Shown here: positions 63,601 through 64,000 of the stretch, one piece after another | Position numbering within the stretch: position 1 is the stretch's first letter | How the letters are laid out: each line of letters opens with the position of its first letter | Assembly: GCA_000165345.1 (NCBI GenBank) | Contig: CM000431.1 | Span: forward strand, 256,001 to 320,000 | DNA: 64,000 nucleotides | Direction: 5' to 3' | The notes under the pieces: generated by a model | The model's input: only the letters and a program-made list of their open reading frames with translations | Told to the model about the DNA's origin: nothing | Database searches by the model: none | Program-made: the position numbers and the translations under genes

Positions 63601-64000
63601 CAACAACTCCTGAAATAACTCTTCCAGAGTGAATTCCAATTTTAAGCTTAAGCTGTTTAAGAGCCATTTCTTGTCCAGTGAAAATAAAAGAATTATTTTT
63701 ATTACCCTTTCTATCTTTTGAAGAGCAAGGTAATGAAGCAAGGGGACTAACTCCAATCATTTGATTATCTGTCTCAGCCTGTGAAAGATCCATATTCTTG
63801 GTATTTGGGATTTCATAAAAGAAAGAAGATCCAATCTTGTGGATCTGGAGAGCAAATCTGAGTAAATTAATAATATCCTTTAAAGATTTTTTAACCGTAA
63901 CTTTTCTAGGTTTCTGACGATATGAACTTTTGTTACTCTTTTTTGATTTGAAATTCTCGAAATTAGCTGAAGCTTCATCATATGGATCCAAACAAGAAGC
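60698..64000 (-). CDS. Class III nucleotidyl cyclase (adenylyl/guanylyl), partial: the 5' end lies beyond the window end. The window holds the C-terminal half of catalytic domain C1, a six-helix TM block and catalytic domain C2; at least 1100 aa.
   Basis: The stop is at 60698. The frame is open to 64000; the first residue in the track is an artefactual TTG read as M. Cyclase signatures: ...[36 protein letters not shown] (end of C1) and later [15 protein letters not shown]...[13 protein letters not shown]...[36 protein letters not shown] (C2). Between them are six long hydrophobic helices ([57 protein letters not shown], and others). Confidence 0.85.
   Translation of the reverse strand, partial: [1100 protein letters not shown]

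Noticed and set aside
63001-63756. Two short minus-strand ORFs inside the cyclase gene
   Set aside because: They are out of frame within the cyclase CDS.

Overview
This 64-kb window is an AT-rich (about 70-75% A+T), gene-dense eukaryotic chromosomal segment. About 45 protein-coding genes are packed on both strands with short intergenic spacers. Several convergent gene pairs end less than 40 bp apart. It is not a prokaryotic locus: there are no operons, CRISPR arrays or recognisable mobile elements. I cannot assign the organism with certainty. Three things point to a Cryptosporidium-like apicomplexan: a 538-aa calcium-dependent protein kinase with an N-terminal MGN myristoylation motif, whose sequence matches what I recall of Cryptosporidium CDPK1; a class III nucleotidyl cyclase; and E2F-type motifs (TTGGCGCCAA, TTTCCCGCC) together with GCATGC palindromes in almost every intergenic spacer. 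The species call is inference from memory, not a database hit.

Genes I can identify by homology include:
- ribosomal protein L35/uL29, ARF1 GTPase, tRNA-Glu(UUC) and CDPK1
- TRM7/FtsJ methyltransferase, NHP2, POP4/Rpp29 and an Rrp40-like exosome subunit
- RRP9/U3-55K, SNU23/ZMAT2 and DPH4
- the condensin II kleisin CAP-H2 and a BAF60/SWIB protein
- a Ulp1/SENP SUMO protease, PPC decarboxylase and a rhomboid protease
- ALKBH6, a Vps39/Vam6-like protein and a longin R-SNARE
- a large two-cyclase-domain adenylyl/guanylyl cyclase that runs off the window end

The remaining genes are low-complexity, coiled-coil or membrane proteins without a confident assignment.

Three caveats about the ORF track:
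- It uses non-ATG starts (TTG/GTG), so several reported first codons are not the true start.
- It omits ORFs with no stop inside the window. I found one, a more than 328-codon membrane-protein ORF at positions 1..984 on the minus strand.
- It cannot see spliced genes. At least 11 genes here have short GTAAGT...YAG introns (50-280 nt). In several cases two track ORFs are exons of one gene, and two small spliced genes are missing from the track entirely.

The most interesting single object is a 1105-aa ORF that fuses a NifS/SufS-like cysteine desulfurase domain to a TtcA-type PP-loop tRNA thiolation domain. I do not recognise this single-chain architecture as a described enzyme.
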